Shown here piece by piece: positions 12,901-29,899 of a stretch of DNA of 64,000 nucleotides; positions within the stretch are counted from its first letter, which is position 1; every line of letters starts with the position of its first letter. The notes under the pieces were generated by a model, which was not told the DNA's origin, made no database searches, and saw only the letters and a list, made by a program, of their open reading frames with translations. Location of the stretch: assembly GCA_964016885.1 (NCBI GenBank), contig OZ024740.1, positions 127,410,001 through 127,474,000 on the forward strand, given 5' to 3'. Both the position numbers and the translations under genes were made by a program. The DNA comes from Eledone cirrhosa. Taxonomy: Eukaryota.

Positions 12901-14950
12901 TAATTGCTTTCTTGTGAGAGTACCCCCATCTATTGTTGACGATGGCTCCCGTTAACTGTTTCTTGACTAATCTACTTATCCGTTCACTGTAAGCTTTACA
13001 TGCCGGTAACGACACGTTCGGCTTCCAGTATCCGGGTCCTTGTCTATGTGTTCTATCACGGATGACTAAGCAGACGACTAATTTGTGATCTGAATAGGCA
13101 ACCATGTGCATTCGTGGACAGCTTAACATCTCCTTGTCCCTTTCTCTAATGAAGAACCTATCTAAATATGATCTAGATGTCCTGCTGCGGTTTGCCCACG
13201 TCAACTGTGGTGCATTCAGGAAATCCAGTCGATATCTATCGGCCAGTTGGAATCGGTCGATTAAAGTTTCGAGGCTGTTGCACCCCCCCCCCCTCTACTG
13301 GGACATGCCCCCACATAGTCCCATCGTACATCTAGGATACCATTCCAGTCGCCCATTAAAAGTAAGGTGCGAAACGTTCCCAGAAAAGTCTCTAGACGTT
13401 TGAAGAAGTCTGGCCATGATTGCGATTGCCCGGTCGGGGCATAAACGGCCACTAGTCTGAAGGCTCCACCTCCAATACTGTTCACGACTAGGACTACCAG
13501 TCTACCCTCCGGGTCCAAGTGTACTTGCTGTACTTCGATGTCCAGGTTCTTCTGAAACATGAATGCCACTCCACCTCCACCTCCTGGCTGGTTAGTTGCT
13601 GCCTGTTGTGGATCCTGGACTCGGTGATGGCTAATACATCCATACCGTGTGACCTAAGGTTGTTTAAAAGTTGGCTCTGTTTCAAGGGCATCCCTAGGCC
13701 ACGTACATTCACGCTTCCAACTCGTAAAGTAGCCATGTTGGTGAAGAAGAGTTGGAGAAAAAGAACGAAAGGTGCACTTACCTTTTCGTTTCCTGGAGAT
13801 CGGATTGTCCAATCTACATTTGGGTGCTGGATGGGGTGTTGTGTGGGGTGGGGAAGCATTTTAACAGGACGCGGTTGATGGGTTTCTGGCAGGGGTTGCC
13901 CACGTCCTGTGAAAATTTATTTTTCAGGTCATTATAGGTTTCCATAGAAACCCTTATAAGTTTAAGGTGTGGAAACGATTCTGCCTTGACGAAAGTTTTG
14001 CCCTCCGTCTCCACCTTGGGGTTTTGGGAGATGACCTCCATCAAACTCTTGTTGTTTGTGTTGATGTATGCGTATTGTTGTTTGTGTTTTTGTTGTGTTG
14101 TATTAGTTTGCGGTTCGTCCGGGAGTTTTCTTTTTATGGTGGGTGCTTGTGTTTGGGGTGGCGTTGGTGTTGGTTTTGATGATAGGGGGATGTTTGACTG
14201 TGGTGTTGTTTGTGTTGTTGTTTGTGTCTGTGGTTGTGTGTTGGTGTTGGTAATTGGAGCTTTGGGGTTTTGTAGTGTCTCTTTTTTTGTTTTTTAGATT
14301 TCCGCGGCTCTCCTTCTTCTTCACTTAAAGAAGGAGGAGCAGCTTCATCTGTCGATGAATAAACACCGTCAGGTGTGTGGGGTAGGGGTATGCTGTGTGG
14401 TGGTGGTGTTTCGGTGTGTGTGTTTATGGTAGTATTTGATGGAGTGGGATGGGGTGGGGCTGTGTTCTTCAGGGTTGTTGTCTCTTTTTTTTCTATTGTT
14501 GTTGGTTGAGTGTCTGTTTGTTTTGGTGTGGTTGCTCGTTTCGTCTGTCGCTGTACTTGTGGTTGTGGTGGTTGTTTTGGTGTTGGTGCTGGTAATAGTG
14601 TTTTTTTAATGATGTTGTTTTTGTGTGTTTGTGAAGGACGAGAGTTTTTTAGGTGTGCTGTGCTACCAGAGCCAAAGCAATGAAATTTTCGTCCTTCTAC
14701 CGAAATGTTTATTTTGTTGTTATCAACGATGACGACTCTTTCGAGTATTTTAGAGATTATCTCCGGCCTCATTTGCAACAGAATCTCCAAATCAGTACCC
14801 GCCCACCTTTGCCGAATAGATTTTCGTATCGAAAGAATCATATCAGTTTCTGGCTCTACGAAGCCAGCCAAGATCCACCAGATGTTAATGTTTGGGGGGT
14901 ATATTTTTATTTTTATTTTTTGTGTCCTTTTTCCCATGTATGTAGGGAAT
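9940..14950 (-). mobile_element. 5'-truncated, frameshifted L1/Tx1-clade LINE (ORF1 part, APE endonuclease, RT, C-terminal Cys/His finger, 3'UTR)
   Basis: APE: SVNVRGL, LAITE, MGDWN, SYLDRFF, YSDHKLV. RT: NFRPITLLN, LDQSKAFDRVDH, RQGYPLS, AYADDVT. C-terminal PRC...ET..LHA..HC. Multiple stops and frameshifts. Confidence 0.93.
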
Positions 14951-14974
14951 TTTTTTGTGTCCTTTTCCATGTAT

Positions 14975-16545
14975 ATAAGAAATTTCGTCCTTTTGACAGA
15001 ATGTGCATTTCATCATTTTCAAGATCTCTTTTGGATAAACTAATTATTTTAGCATCTACGTGTACAGAAGTTTTGGATATGTTTCCTCCTGGAGTTTTTC
15101 TTTTTCCGGTTTTTGTTGTCCTGACGTTAAAAAACGGATTTTTCTCTAAGAACTACGGTAAGAACTCTTCTCTTTTGTTAACCCCAGGACAACAAAAAAC
15201 GGGAGTAATAAAAACTCCAGGAGGAAACATACCCAAAACATCTGTACACGTAGATCCTAAAATAATTAAGTTATCCAAAAGAGATCTTGACAATGATGAA
15301 ATGCAAGTTCTGTCAAAAGGACTGAAGTTCACACTGACTCCAACAGTCAACCACCAAGAACTGAAGGAGGATACCCCAGAATTCTGTCGACAATTACGAC
15401 TTGTACAATTCTTCGCTGATAAAAGTAATGAGAGTGATGAATCACTAGTATAGAATAAATCAAATTTCACTCCGTCAAAAGGAAGAAATATCTATCTCGA
15501 CCAATACATTGACATCCTGTCTAAATTTCTTCTTAGACGTAATGCTAATGTTAGGCCAAACATTAACAAATCAGAAATGTCTGCACTTAAACGTATACAA
15601 AATGATAAAATAATAATAATTAAACAAGCAGATAAAGAGGGTGCAGTTGTTATAATGGATGCTGAATACTACAAAGATTTGTTTGAGGAACAACTAAAAG
15701 ACACAACATTCTATCAGGAAATACCGTCAAATATAGACCAAAATATCATGAAGAAGATCAACAACCTGGCTTCAAAATAGCACAACTCACTTACTGATAA
15801 GGAAAAAGACTACATCACCAATTTTGAGCCAAAGCCAAGCAACCTCTTTGGCCTACCTAAAGTTCATAAGTCAAAAGAAATCCAACTGGCAGTAAAAGAA
15901 CAAAACAGTGAGTACATTAAATTACTACACCCAAAAGACTTAAAACTTAGACCTATTAAAGCTGGTCCAACATGCCCTACGCAATGTCTAAGCAATGTTG
16001 TTGACATTATGTTAAACATGTCTAAGCAATTTTGTTGACATTATTTTGAAACCACTATTCACATACCCAGTTTCATCCGAGATGATATCGACTTCCTGTC
16101 CCATCTTCCCAAAACCACGGAAACGAATTCACTTCTACTTAGTTCTGATGTGGTAAGCCTTTACACCAACATTACACATGATTTAGGAATAAAGGCGGTT
16201 AAATACTGGGTGGAAAAACATAGAGAAGTGATTCCCACCAGATTTACAGCGACATTTATATTAGACACAGTCAAACTTATTTTGGAAAACAATACTTTCT
16301 TCTTCAATGGAAATAATTACATCCAAATTAGAGGCACAGTGATGGGAACGAAGTTTGCCCCCGTTTACGTGAACTCTGTAATGGGATACTTAGAACAACA
16401 ACTCTACCAAGAAATAGAGGAAAAATATAGCACTGACTTTAGAAAGTACATTGAAAAAGTATTGGAAGAGATACCTTGCAACTGTTTCATCACCTGGACA
16501 GAATGTCTAGATATTCTGAATAACCTACAACTATCTCTCCCATAA
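14975..16545 (+). mobile_element. Degenerate Penelope-like element RT region with inverted 5' fragment (14980-15130 vs 15178-15332)
   Basis: VLSKGLKFT, IIIKQADKEGAVVIMD, GLPKVHKS, DVVSLYTNI, QIRGTVMGTKFAP. Stops and frameshifts present. Confidence 0.9.
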
Positions 16546-16924
16546 TGGGCTATTACTCCTACTATGACTATGACTACAACCATGTCATGTCGACTACCAC
16601 CACTAACAACAACAACAACAATAATAATAATAAAAGTGATGTTGATGGTGATGATTACTAGAAAATGCTATTTTCATCATTTCTAAAACATAGCAAAACA
16701 TTTGATGATTTGGATAGGGTCAAACACTAGTCGATAGACATGCTCAACCAACCGTGACGACTAAACCAATCAGCTTTAGTAATCCAGTGAAACTACACAC
16801 CGATAGGTCGAAATACAGTTTGCAAAATTTGCATCCTGTAGCCGCTTTTCACTGTAGATAAGGCGCAAAATATACCCATCTCAAAACAGTTGAAAATTGC
16901 AAACTTGACTGTCACCTCAGAATA

Positions 16925-16963
16925 TGATCCTGAAGATTGCGAAAGCATGAAAGTACTTGTTCA
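16925..16963 (+). ncRNA. Minimal type I hammerhead ribozyme
   Basis: TGATC-CTGAAGA-t-TGC(gaaa)GCA-t-GAAA-GTAC-TT-GTTCA. GNRA loop II, palindromic GTAC, one mismatch in stem I. Confidence 0.75.
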
Positions 16964-17384
16964 ATTAACACTTAACATTTCATATTCTACCATACTATTT
17001 CATTCTAATACCATTATACATTTTAAAGGATTGTAAATAAAACGAATAAATCAGACAAAGTTGGAATTCTTTTTATTAATATAATCTTCTATACAGAATC
17101 ATAGAATGAAACTCTCATGCCATCTAACAATATAAGTGACTTGGGAGCTATTGTCAAATTCAACGTAAGCTGGGCTACTCTTATAAAGAACGATGTTGGC
17201 ATGTCCCGCAGAATGTGCTCCTGGATTCTCAGAACTTTCCAGACGATCATCTTGCTCTTCTCTATCTTTGTCTGACCACACCTTGAATACTGTTGTCCAC
17301 AGTCGACTCCCTATATGAAACAAAGTATTATGAAATTTGAAGCACCTCAAATGGCAATCACAAAATGATAGACGCGTGACAGGC

Positions 17385-17620
17385 AGCTGTGAGCGCTACA
17401 TTATCTGCATGATGTAGAAAGTATTCCATCAGCATTGCCCCAATAATGTTGGCATCATCTACAAATTATACCTAATGCTTGGACCCCGTGCTATCAGCCC
17501 ACAAAATAATCATTTAAAAACATTACGGCACAATTATTACACCTCAACTGTTCCCGCGCTCTTTAACATCACACCAAAAACACATAAAATTCAAACTAGA
17601 AATCCAGGGTAAATAACCTA
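17385..17620 (+). pseudogene. CR1-type LINE C-terminal fragment
   Basis: Translates to ..CERYIICMM*KVFHQHCPNNVGI..PALFNITPK, matching CR1-type ORF2 ends. Confidence 0.55.
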
Positions 17621-18112
17621 GTTACGGATATGTCTCTGTAGACAATGACTCGCTAATTGAGTTGGCCACGGTGTCCAAATCCTGATTTGAAAGACTTCGT
17701 CAAATGGTGCTATTGGGTTGGACTTGGTTTGAGCCAATAATGGCCGAAACCTGTCAAAGTTGTCAACGTACGTTATATATATATTAACAGAGAAAGAAGG
17801 CCACACACGATAGAGAAATGAATTCTTCTCTCTGAATATGTATGTGGAAATAAATTGTTCTTCCCCTTTTTATTATAATTATTACTATTATTTGTATAAA
17901 TATTAACTTAACAATATTATGCATTTCCGCAATTGACAATGCATATAATGCTGAAATCGGTATATTAAATGCAGAAATGTCCGCTTTGTAAATAAATTAA
18001 TGTTTTGATATTACACTGAAATAATCTCTTCAGCATTTTCTACTGAAAAAAACCTTTTTCCTTTCTATTATTTGTTTTTATATGTATCTACTCGTTTGTT
18101 ACTCTTCTACAT

Positions 18113-21045
<2,933 letters not shown>

Positions 21046-21224
21046 TCTATATAACTGCTCTGTAGAACAACTGATGTTATTACATTGAGTTATTTATTTT
21101 ACTGGTAATAAGGTAGTAATAAATTATTGACCTTTCCTGTTTATAGTTTAAAATATACATAGCTATAAATAGTATCCTTAATATTATATATATATATATA
21201 TGTGTGTGTGTATATATATATATA

Positions 21225-21632
<408 letters not shown>

Positions 21633-21638
21633 ACACCC

Positions 21639-22991
21639 GTGTATATTTACCTATCTATCTATATACTAAAAAGCCAGAGACTCCTAAACACGGTCATGTT
21701 TAGGACAATCTCGAACAAAAGTAAAAAACCAGCTCAACCATCACAGAGCGAGATAGAGCTGGTTTTAAAAGACGTCATGAAGGACATCACCTTCATTCAG
21801 AAGGATAGACTCTACGGGAGTCTATCCATTCTCATGAAGGACAGGGACACAGCAGTGAAACTGTCCATCAAACCAATCACATCAACCGCATACACCTTCT
21901 ACCCTACGTACATGGGTAGAAGAACACAAAAAATAAAAGTCCACACCATCCTGCCGATTATGGACATATGGTGGGTTTTGACAGGTTTTCTGGACCTGGA
22001 GGATGACATGCTGGTGTCCATGGGAAAGGCATCGGGTGACGCGTTCAGTGGAACGAGCCTCGAACTTGTAGTTCAAATGAGGCCCGAAAGGATCGCCCAG
22101 ATCCCTGAACGCGTCATACTGGATGATCTAACCTTCATCAACATTACCGTTGAGGGTAGACGGCCCTCGTGTTACCTCTGCGGAACCAGAGGTCACCTGA
22201 GGGCTGTCTGTCCCCAACTTAATAAGAAAACCCCAATCCTGCCTACACCACCAACAACTGCACAACCAACACAATCACCACAACTACCACTACAAAAACA
22301 ACCACCACAGCTCAAACCAAAACAAAACAATGTCCAACCCATCCCCTCCACTCAAAAAACAAAAACAATTTCCAAAACACCCGTACCGCAAACACAACCC
22401 GAAAATATACCCCTCCCCTCCAACGCGGAAGATGACCCTAGTTCGTCGTCAGACGAGGAGGAGCACTTCCACACAATCAAAAGAAAAAAAAGAAAACACA
22501 CCTCAGACACACAAATGAAAAAAAAACCTCCCCAAAACATAACACTGACACCAACACAAAAGAGCTCACAACAACAGCAAACAAAAAACACCACACAAAA
22601 ACAAAAACATGCATACACATACATAAACACAAGAAACAAAAAACTGTTAAACATTGTGTACAACAACAATCTAATAAAAACACAAGGGCCTAACTTCACC
22701 CAGGCAGGGGATTTCCCCCACCTCAAAATGATTAAGGCCCCACAGGACACCTATAAAACTTTAAAAAACAATTTTAAAGAGGACGTGGGTCCCCCCTGCG
22801 TCGGGCCCATTAACCGCCTCCTCCTAAAAAACTATCCCACCCCCTCCCCAAACACCCACACAACTCCAAGCTCCCCAACCACACAACACACTGATGCCCC
22901 CACACTTCCACAAACCACCACCCCACCCAACAACCCATCCCCCACCCTAATGGAAATTGTGCAGCCCGATACCCGGGACGCAGAGAGGTAA
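21639..22991 (+). CDS. L1/Tx1-type LINE ORF1 (gag-like, CCHC zinc knuckle), 5'-truncated but open
   Basis: CYLCGTRGHLRAVC knuckle, Pro/Thr/Gln-rich linker, acidic-basic SSSSDEEE..KRKKRK patch. Homologous to 14970-13780 (-). Confidence 0.85.
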   Translation: MYIYLSIYILKSQRLLNTVMFRTISNKSKKPAQPSQSEIELVLKDVMKDITFIQKDRLYGSLSILMKDRDTAVKLSIKPITSTAYTFYPTYMGRRTQKIKVHTILPIMDIWWVLTGFLDLEDDMLVSMGKASGDAFSGTSLELVVQMRPERIAQIPERVILDDLTFINITVEGRRPSCYLCGTRGHLRAVCPQLNKKTPILPTPPTTAQPTQSPQLPLQKQPPQLKPKQNNVQPIPSTQKTKTISKTPVPQTQPENIPLPSNAEDDPSSSSDEEEHFHTIKRKKRKHTSDTQMKKKPPQNITLTPTQKSSQQQQTKNTTQKQKHAYTYINTRNKKLLNIVYNNNLIKTQGPNFTQAGDFPHLKMIKAPQDTYKTLKNNFKEDVGPPCVGPINRLLLKNYPTPSPNTHTTPSSPTTQHTDAPTLPQTTTPPNNPSPTLMEIVQPDTRDAER

Positions 22992-23015
22992 GTGCCTTTT
23001 CTCTTCACCACCAAC

Positions 23016-24131
23016 ATGGCTATGCTAAGAGTAGGCTGTTTAAATGCGCGTGGCCTGGGCTCAACTTGGAAGCAAGCAATGCTTCTAAATGACCTCAGGT
23101 CACAACGTATAGATGTGATGGTTATTTGCGAGGCCCGGATCAGCAACGTGCGACAGCTGGCCCCCACCTTTGATGACTTTGAGATGCACGCATCTCTCTG
23201 TCAGCCCGGAGGTGGGGGTGGAGTTGTCGTTCTGCTGCAAAAACTTCTGGGTCTCGCAACACAGATGGTAGATTTGGACCCGGAGGGTCGACTAGTGGTT
23301 CTGGACCTTGGCAGTGGTAAAGGCGGAGCGTTTAGGTTGGTAGCCGCCTACGGCCCTTTCGGGTCAATGCGGCCGGACTTCTTCCATCGTCTGGAGACTT
23401 TTCTAGGGACGTCCCGCTCCTTGCTATTAGTGGGGGACTGGAATGGTATCCTAGATGCACGCTGGGACTACGTAGGGGCCTGCCCCGATAGAGAGGGGTG
23501 TAATAGCCTCAAAGGGTTAATCGGTTGATTTGACCTGGCCGATAGATATCGACTAGATTTTCCGACTGCGCCAACCTGGACTTGGGCAAATCGTAGCGGA
23601 TCATCTAGGTCGTACCTAGATAGGTTCTTAGTTAGAATTAAGGATAAGGACTTTTTAAGTTGTCCAAAAATGCGCATGGTTGGCTATTCAGACCACAAAT
23701 TAGTGACCTGCATGGTCAACCTTGACAGAACTCATAGACAGGGCCCCGGTTACTGGAAGCTCAACTTGTCCTTCCCGCAAGTAGAGCCTACAGGAATCGG
23801 ATTAGTACGTTAGTTAAGGAACGGTTGACTGGAGCGATCGTCAACAGCAGGTGGTGGGTATCTCTAAAGAGAGAGATTAGAGTAGTCTCTATAGAATTTA
23901 GTAAGGTTCTAGCTGCGGATAGGAATAGGAAGGAAAGGGAGCTAATAGATAGAGTAGAAGAGGCAATTAGAAGCGGCGACGTGGCCAGAGTGCTAGCGTC
24001 GAGAACGGCTTTGAGCCAGTTTTTCGACGCGAAGCACGAAGGCTGCGTTGTCCGAAGTAAAATACGTGCTCTAGGGAACGAGGGGACCAAAGCTGTTAGC
24101 CATTTTGGACCAAAGCTGTTAGCCATTTTGG
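23016..24131 (+). pseudogene. L1/Tx1 ORF2 APE endonuclease region, broken off before RT
   Basis: CLNARGL, ICE, VGDWN, SYLDRFL, YSDHKLV, GPGYWKLN. One stop and a frameshift. Ends in a 23-bp tandem duplication at 24084-24129. Confidence 0.9.
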
Positions 24132-24135
24132 CGTA

Positions 24136-24445
24136 GGACAAAAGAAAGGAAAGGCACAGAAACAAAGAAAGGAATCCCCAGTCACTGAAGAGGTCACAGA
24201 GTGTGTGACGAAAGGACTATATATATAAACAACTATCTGGTTGTGGAACCAACCAACCAACCAGAAATTTATAAGTTTGTGGATTTGTAAATTTATAAAT
24301 TTATAAATATATAATAAATTGAAGTGAAAGCAACTGGTGCGTGTGTTTCTTATTGGCAACATGACCCTCCCAAAGTATAACAATATCGGTTTCAACACAC
24401 GATTTCAGATAAAGAATATTACTAAACAAATTCAAAAACGAAATA
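24136..24445 (+). mobile_element. Family Y pLTR-like module with hammerhead core
   Basis: CTGAAGA(24185)-g-GTCACA(gagtg)TGTGAC-GAAA-ggac-TA. 3' motifs ATGACCCTCCCAAA.TATAAC and ACACGATTTCA.ATAAA are shared with 41056-41091. Ends in (TA)n. Confidence 0.75.
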
Positions 24446-24669
<224 letters not shown>

Positions 24670-24875
24670 TAACCGATTAAAGTTTAAGCAAAGAATCGCT
24701 GCTTTCACCCTTAATGGGATCTTCTGAAACTAAAATGAGTTTGAAAGCAGCGATTCTTTGCTTAAAATGTAATCTGTTATTTTAATAAATGTTTGCTCTA
24801 CGGTTCTTATATATCTAATATATATTTATCCTTAAGGAGCCCTCTTTGGATTTTAGTCTTCAAATTTATTATTAT

Positions 24876-24922
<47 letters not shown>

Positions 24923-25852
24923 GATATATGCTTCTCTTAGTGTCTGTATATGTGTGTGTGTATGTATGTGTGTGTGTTTGTGGGTGTGTGCATACTTACA
25001 TTTATGTACCAGCTGTGCTAGGTCGAGAAACAAAGTTCTCTCGTTGTTTATTGCTCGAATAAGAAACTGAAATACATATATAAATAAATAATCTCCGTTA
25101 AAGTAAATACCGCTTTCCGTTAGATATATTGTTGATCACATAGTGACAGAAACAGCAACCATCTTGCGTCTACAAATATTATTTGCCTACTTATTGCAAT
25201 CTCCCACCTCCCGTGTAAAAGATTTCTAATTCAGCCAGCCGAGAGAATGAGTCATCACCTATTTGATATTTTGTAAAAGACATACATTTTTACAATATGA
25301 CGTCTCGTATTATTTATTCCATTAAATTCTTATTCAGAATATCTATACTTCTATTTTAGATGATCGAGTAAAGAAACAATTTAAATACTTCAGACCTTAT
25401 TTCAGTAGATGGAAATGGGACATCATTGCAACTCCTTTTTCCCATATCTTTCGGTTTCTTTATTTCATTTGAAAATAAAATTTTCAATATACAGAGAAGC
25501 TTTTAAAACGTTAAAGCCGGTGCTCATGCCGAGAATCTTGAATATTATCTAGAATTCCTCACTTCCCAAATGTGACAGACTAGCAGCCAATTAGCAATTA
25601 TGTTTATTTCAATATGTCTGATGAAAGATGATAGTGTCTTCATAATTATTGTTAATTGCCCCTTTCAATCTTTACTCAAGTGTGATAATGAATTCTCAAT
25701 GATTTGGGGGCGAAATATTGATTTCTTTATGAAGCAAAAGTTCGTATTTGTAAACGATAGGTTAGAGTCGAATCGCCATATCTGATTTCCTATTCTATTG
25801 GCCGTAGGATAATGAATTGTAAAGTCGACACGCTTCCACTAACAGGTTTCTG

Positions 25853-25910
<58 letters not shown>

Positions 25911-25927
25911 ATGTGTATATATATATC

Positions 25928-25972
<45 letters not shown>

Positions 25973-27314
25973 TTGAAGCCACATGAATTAAGTGATTAGT
26001 CCAGCATATTTCTGTCCCAATTGACAAAAGATGTGATTATTTTTAACATTCCTACGAGACCACACTATTTAAACTGAGATCATCTTTGGTAGAAGGTGGT
26101 ATTTGAAAGTAGAATTGGTGGGTGGAGGAAGAGCATATAATGTTAGATATTTAATCAGATATTCATCCAGACTGAACTATGACTGTGCTTTGATATTAAT
26201 AACAACAAATGCGACGCCATATAAATCATGATTGTAAGTATAATACCAGTAATTTGGGGCAGTAAGGTAGTTGATTCAATAGACCTCACTGTTAGACAAG
26301 TACCTTATTTTATTGATACCAAAATATGGGATGGCAAAACTGACGTTAGCTTAATTTGAACCCGGAATGAAACTTATTGCAATACTTCAGTATATTTGCA
26401 GTATATATACAAAGTGGTTACAGAACATGTACGGCTGTAATACATAAATATAAACATGGGGAGGTTCACAGATGTTACAACATATAAGGACATATGAAAA
26501 ATACCTAATAAAGGGAACAATTTCAGTAACAAGTAAAATAGATGGATTGAACCAGTTACATAAGAGCAAAAAGTGACCAGCCTGACTAGAGCATAGCAGC
26601 GGGGCCTTTCATCCTTGCGGGGTCGATAAAATGAAGTACTAGTAATGTGCATGGTATAGCTGAAGGATTCTACGATTATCTTTAATGTCAGGCAAGTCAC
26701 GATATCTCTCATCTCACATCCGCTACGCTGTTACAAGCTAGCTGCTCATATATTACTATAGCGGTTCCTATGAGCTATTCATCATTAAAGTATTATACAA
26801 ACCCGGATCTCACCTCGTCCTTTTCTACTAAGATGTCATAGTTTTGGGCTTCTAAGAGAAATGAATTCCAGCTCATGGATTTGGACGACTTTCCTGGAGT
26901 GTATACCTCAGGGGAAGCATATTGACCTGTTGTGGCCCTTCCAAATACCCCAAGTAGTCTTTTATATTACATCACTTCTTAAAGGTTACGGATCAATAGA
27001 GTTCTAATGCACGGAGAGAGCCACCATGAAGGAAAAGGAGGAGACGGATAACAATAAACATTTATGTTATTAGCATGACTCCAACACCATTGCTCATAAG
27101 AAACACATGATTTGTAACAGCTCAATCACTCCAAGGGCAGAATATAACAATCAACATAATATGGTTGACAGACTTGTTCACTGAACAAAAACAAAAATTA
27201 TTTCTCCCTAAAACAATAAAATAAACAAAGAATGCACACACCAGGCGTACACACAACTGCTTCTGGCAATGAAAGTATGCAATGAATATAACATTCAGAA
27301 AATATGATAATAAT

Positions 27315-27520
27315 AATGAATTCTACTATAGACAGAAGGCCAGCACATTTGGGAGTTAGGGAAAGTCTATTGAATTGAAGCCAATTCATCACTGGTGCTT
27401 TATTTCATCGACCCTGCAAAGGTGAGAGGCGGGATTTGAACTCTTAATGTAAAAGGCCGTAACTCTATGCCGCGAAGCAGGGTTTCGGACGCTCTACCAA
27501 TTCTGCTAATCTACCACCCT
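27315..27520 (-). mobile_element. tRNA-derived SINE (Octopus-type)
   Basis: Minus strand A box TAGCAGAATTGGT, B box GAGTTCAAATCC, GGGTCGATGAAATAAAG core, (TAT)n tail. Confidence 0.8.
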
Positions 27521-27756
27521 TACGATAATAATAATGTTAATAAATCTTCTATATATAATTCTAACAGGGGGTCAAAAATTGTAATGAAGGGCATAGTGAA
27601 TCAAATCAAGCTCAGTAATTAATTTGTACTTATTTCACCAACACGCAGAATTTCTATACAGAGGCACAGATATAGTCACCTCGACAGATATTTATATATA
27701 CATTTATGTATACATAAATATATATAAGTATCTGTAAGTGTGTGAGTGTGTGAGTT

Positions 27757-27849
<93 letters not shown>

Positions 27850-28091
27850 CGATGGGTGTGTCTACGCCCATGTACAATCGACAGGTAATAAAGTGAAAAT
27901 TATCCAAATCCACTTTATCTCCCGTAATATATAAATATTTAGAAAATATCGATCAATTATTTTAATGGCGTAAAATAAATTAATCGTCGTCAGTATGTAC
28001 GTATATATGTATGTAGGAGTGTGTGTGTATATATACATGCGTACATACAATATATATATATATATGTGTGTTGTGTGTGGGTTCCCACGTA

Positions 28092-28140
<49 letters not shown>

Positions 28141-29649
28141 TGTGTGCGTCCGTACATATTTTCGTATATATATATATAAATATCTATGTATAATTTGTTT
28201 CTTGTGTGTATGTGTGGCTATCTGTCTATGTATTCAAATATCTAAGAAATCTGCTACTAATATCTAACCTGCAGTAATATAATATAACAAACTAGTCTAG
28301 GCTTTGCGTTTGATTGCTTCTAAACGACTTCATGAAGCAATTAAATATCTATTAATGATCACATAATGTATACTCTAGATAATAGTAATTAATCACATTT
28401 TCTTTAGATATATCTAGATTAATGTTTTTCTTCGTCACCATTTTCCTCTCTTGGATAATTATTTTGCGAAGGAGACGGTAGAGTTAATATTTGGGGAATA
28501 TTGATCAGTTGAAATATATCTGCAAGTTTAGCTCTTTATTTAAGTGATTTCATTTTACCGTTTAATTCGACATTTACTGTAAAGGAAAAAGTCACCTCCA
28601 TTTGTAAGTGGCAACAGAATCATTTTGTAGTCGATAAGGTCTCGTACAAAGTACACACAGAGACACACATATTCACACACATACACACATTCAGACACAT
28701 ACATATGTGATGATTGAACTGTTTCGTTCCTGTCATCAACGATTGAGGTGGGTGTGTCGTCAAAAATTCTACCAAGTCTGTTCATCCCACCAGCTTATTT
28801 GCATATTAAAGCACTCTCATTTCAAATGTACTTCTGAGGGTGTGGTGGTAGAACCATTTTAAAATGGCTCGATATCTCCTTGGCTCCGGAGATTAAGATG
28901 GTTGAAAAACCCAGTCATTGATAGAAGTCGTCCACACAGATTGCATCTCAATTCCTGTTAGATTTCTGCAGGCATTGCACTCGGGTCCAGCATACCGATT
29001 AGTCCTTCAAATTAGAATGCTTTACTCGCTTTTTCTGGTAGAATTGTAAATGATCATACTCCATGAGATTCAGTCTTAAATCCATATCAATCTTCAGCGA
29101 TTTAAGATTGTCTTTTATGATGTTCCTAAACCATTCCAACACATATACTTAGACACTTCCATAACCTAAATGAAAAACTAAATTACATACACAAGGACTT
29201 ATGCCACCCATACAGAGTTTTCAGAAACTTCGTGAAGAATATCGGCACTAGAATCTCTAACCTCTCTTCTAATAAAATAACATTTGACAGAGCGGCAACC
29301 TATTACGTGGCGCTGCTAACAGCGGCTTCTCACAACCAATTGCTTACTCCCCTACTAACGCCAACAACAATAGAAAAATAATTATTTCTAATAGAAAAAG
29401 AATTTGGTTCTGCCCCACCTTGTCACTCAACGTTAAATCTAATATAGGTAAAATATTTTTAGCTGTCTTAGATAGGCACATCCCATAGGTCATAAATACC
29501 CTTCCATCGTTACCAAACACAGGATGAAATTAGGGTACACCTGTGCTAAAATTATGAAGGCTCACATACCAAACAACCCCAATTAGATTGTTTAGAAATC
29601 CAAGTGAAGTCATTCTTTTCCTTTTTTTTTCAAATATATATATGCATAC

Positions 29650-29831
29650 TATAAGGATAAGGACAAGGATTCAGTGTTCCATCATAACATATTTAATAGA
29701 TATTACATATGCTTCACTATCGATTGATGCAACACTGCATCTTTGTTCCTTATCGTTATAGTATTATACTCTGCTATTCACGATCATCCAGTGCTCAACC
29801 GCCTAAGGACGCATTTTTCATGCAACCATAC

Positions 29832-29835
<4 letters not shown>
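29650..29835 (+). repeat. Short (TA)n-associated repeat, second copy at 62703-62880
   Basis: Colinear shared motifs ATAAGG..ACAA.GA.TCAGTGTT, CCTTAT, TACTCTGCT, ACCGCCTA.GGACG. Confidence 0.6.

Positions 29836-29899
<64 letters not shown>

Noticed and set aside
22989-23016. ORF1 and ORF2 in frame across a single TAA (readthrough)
   Set aside because: The frame is not conserved in the second copy (41-nt spacer).
25618-25660. CTGATGA followed by a hairpin
   Set aside because: No GAAA or stem III follows. The same applies to CTGACGA at 35962 and the minus-strand motif near 27988.
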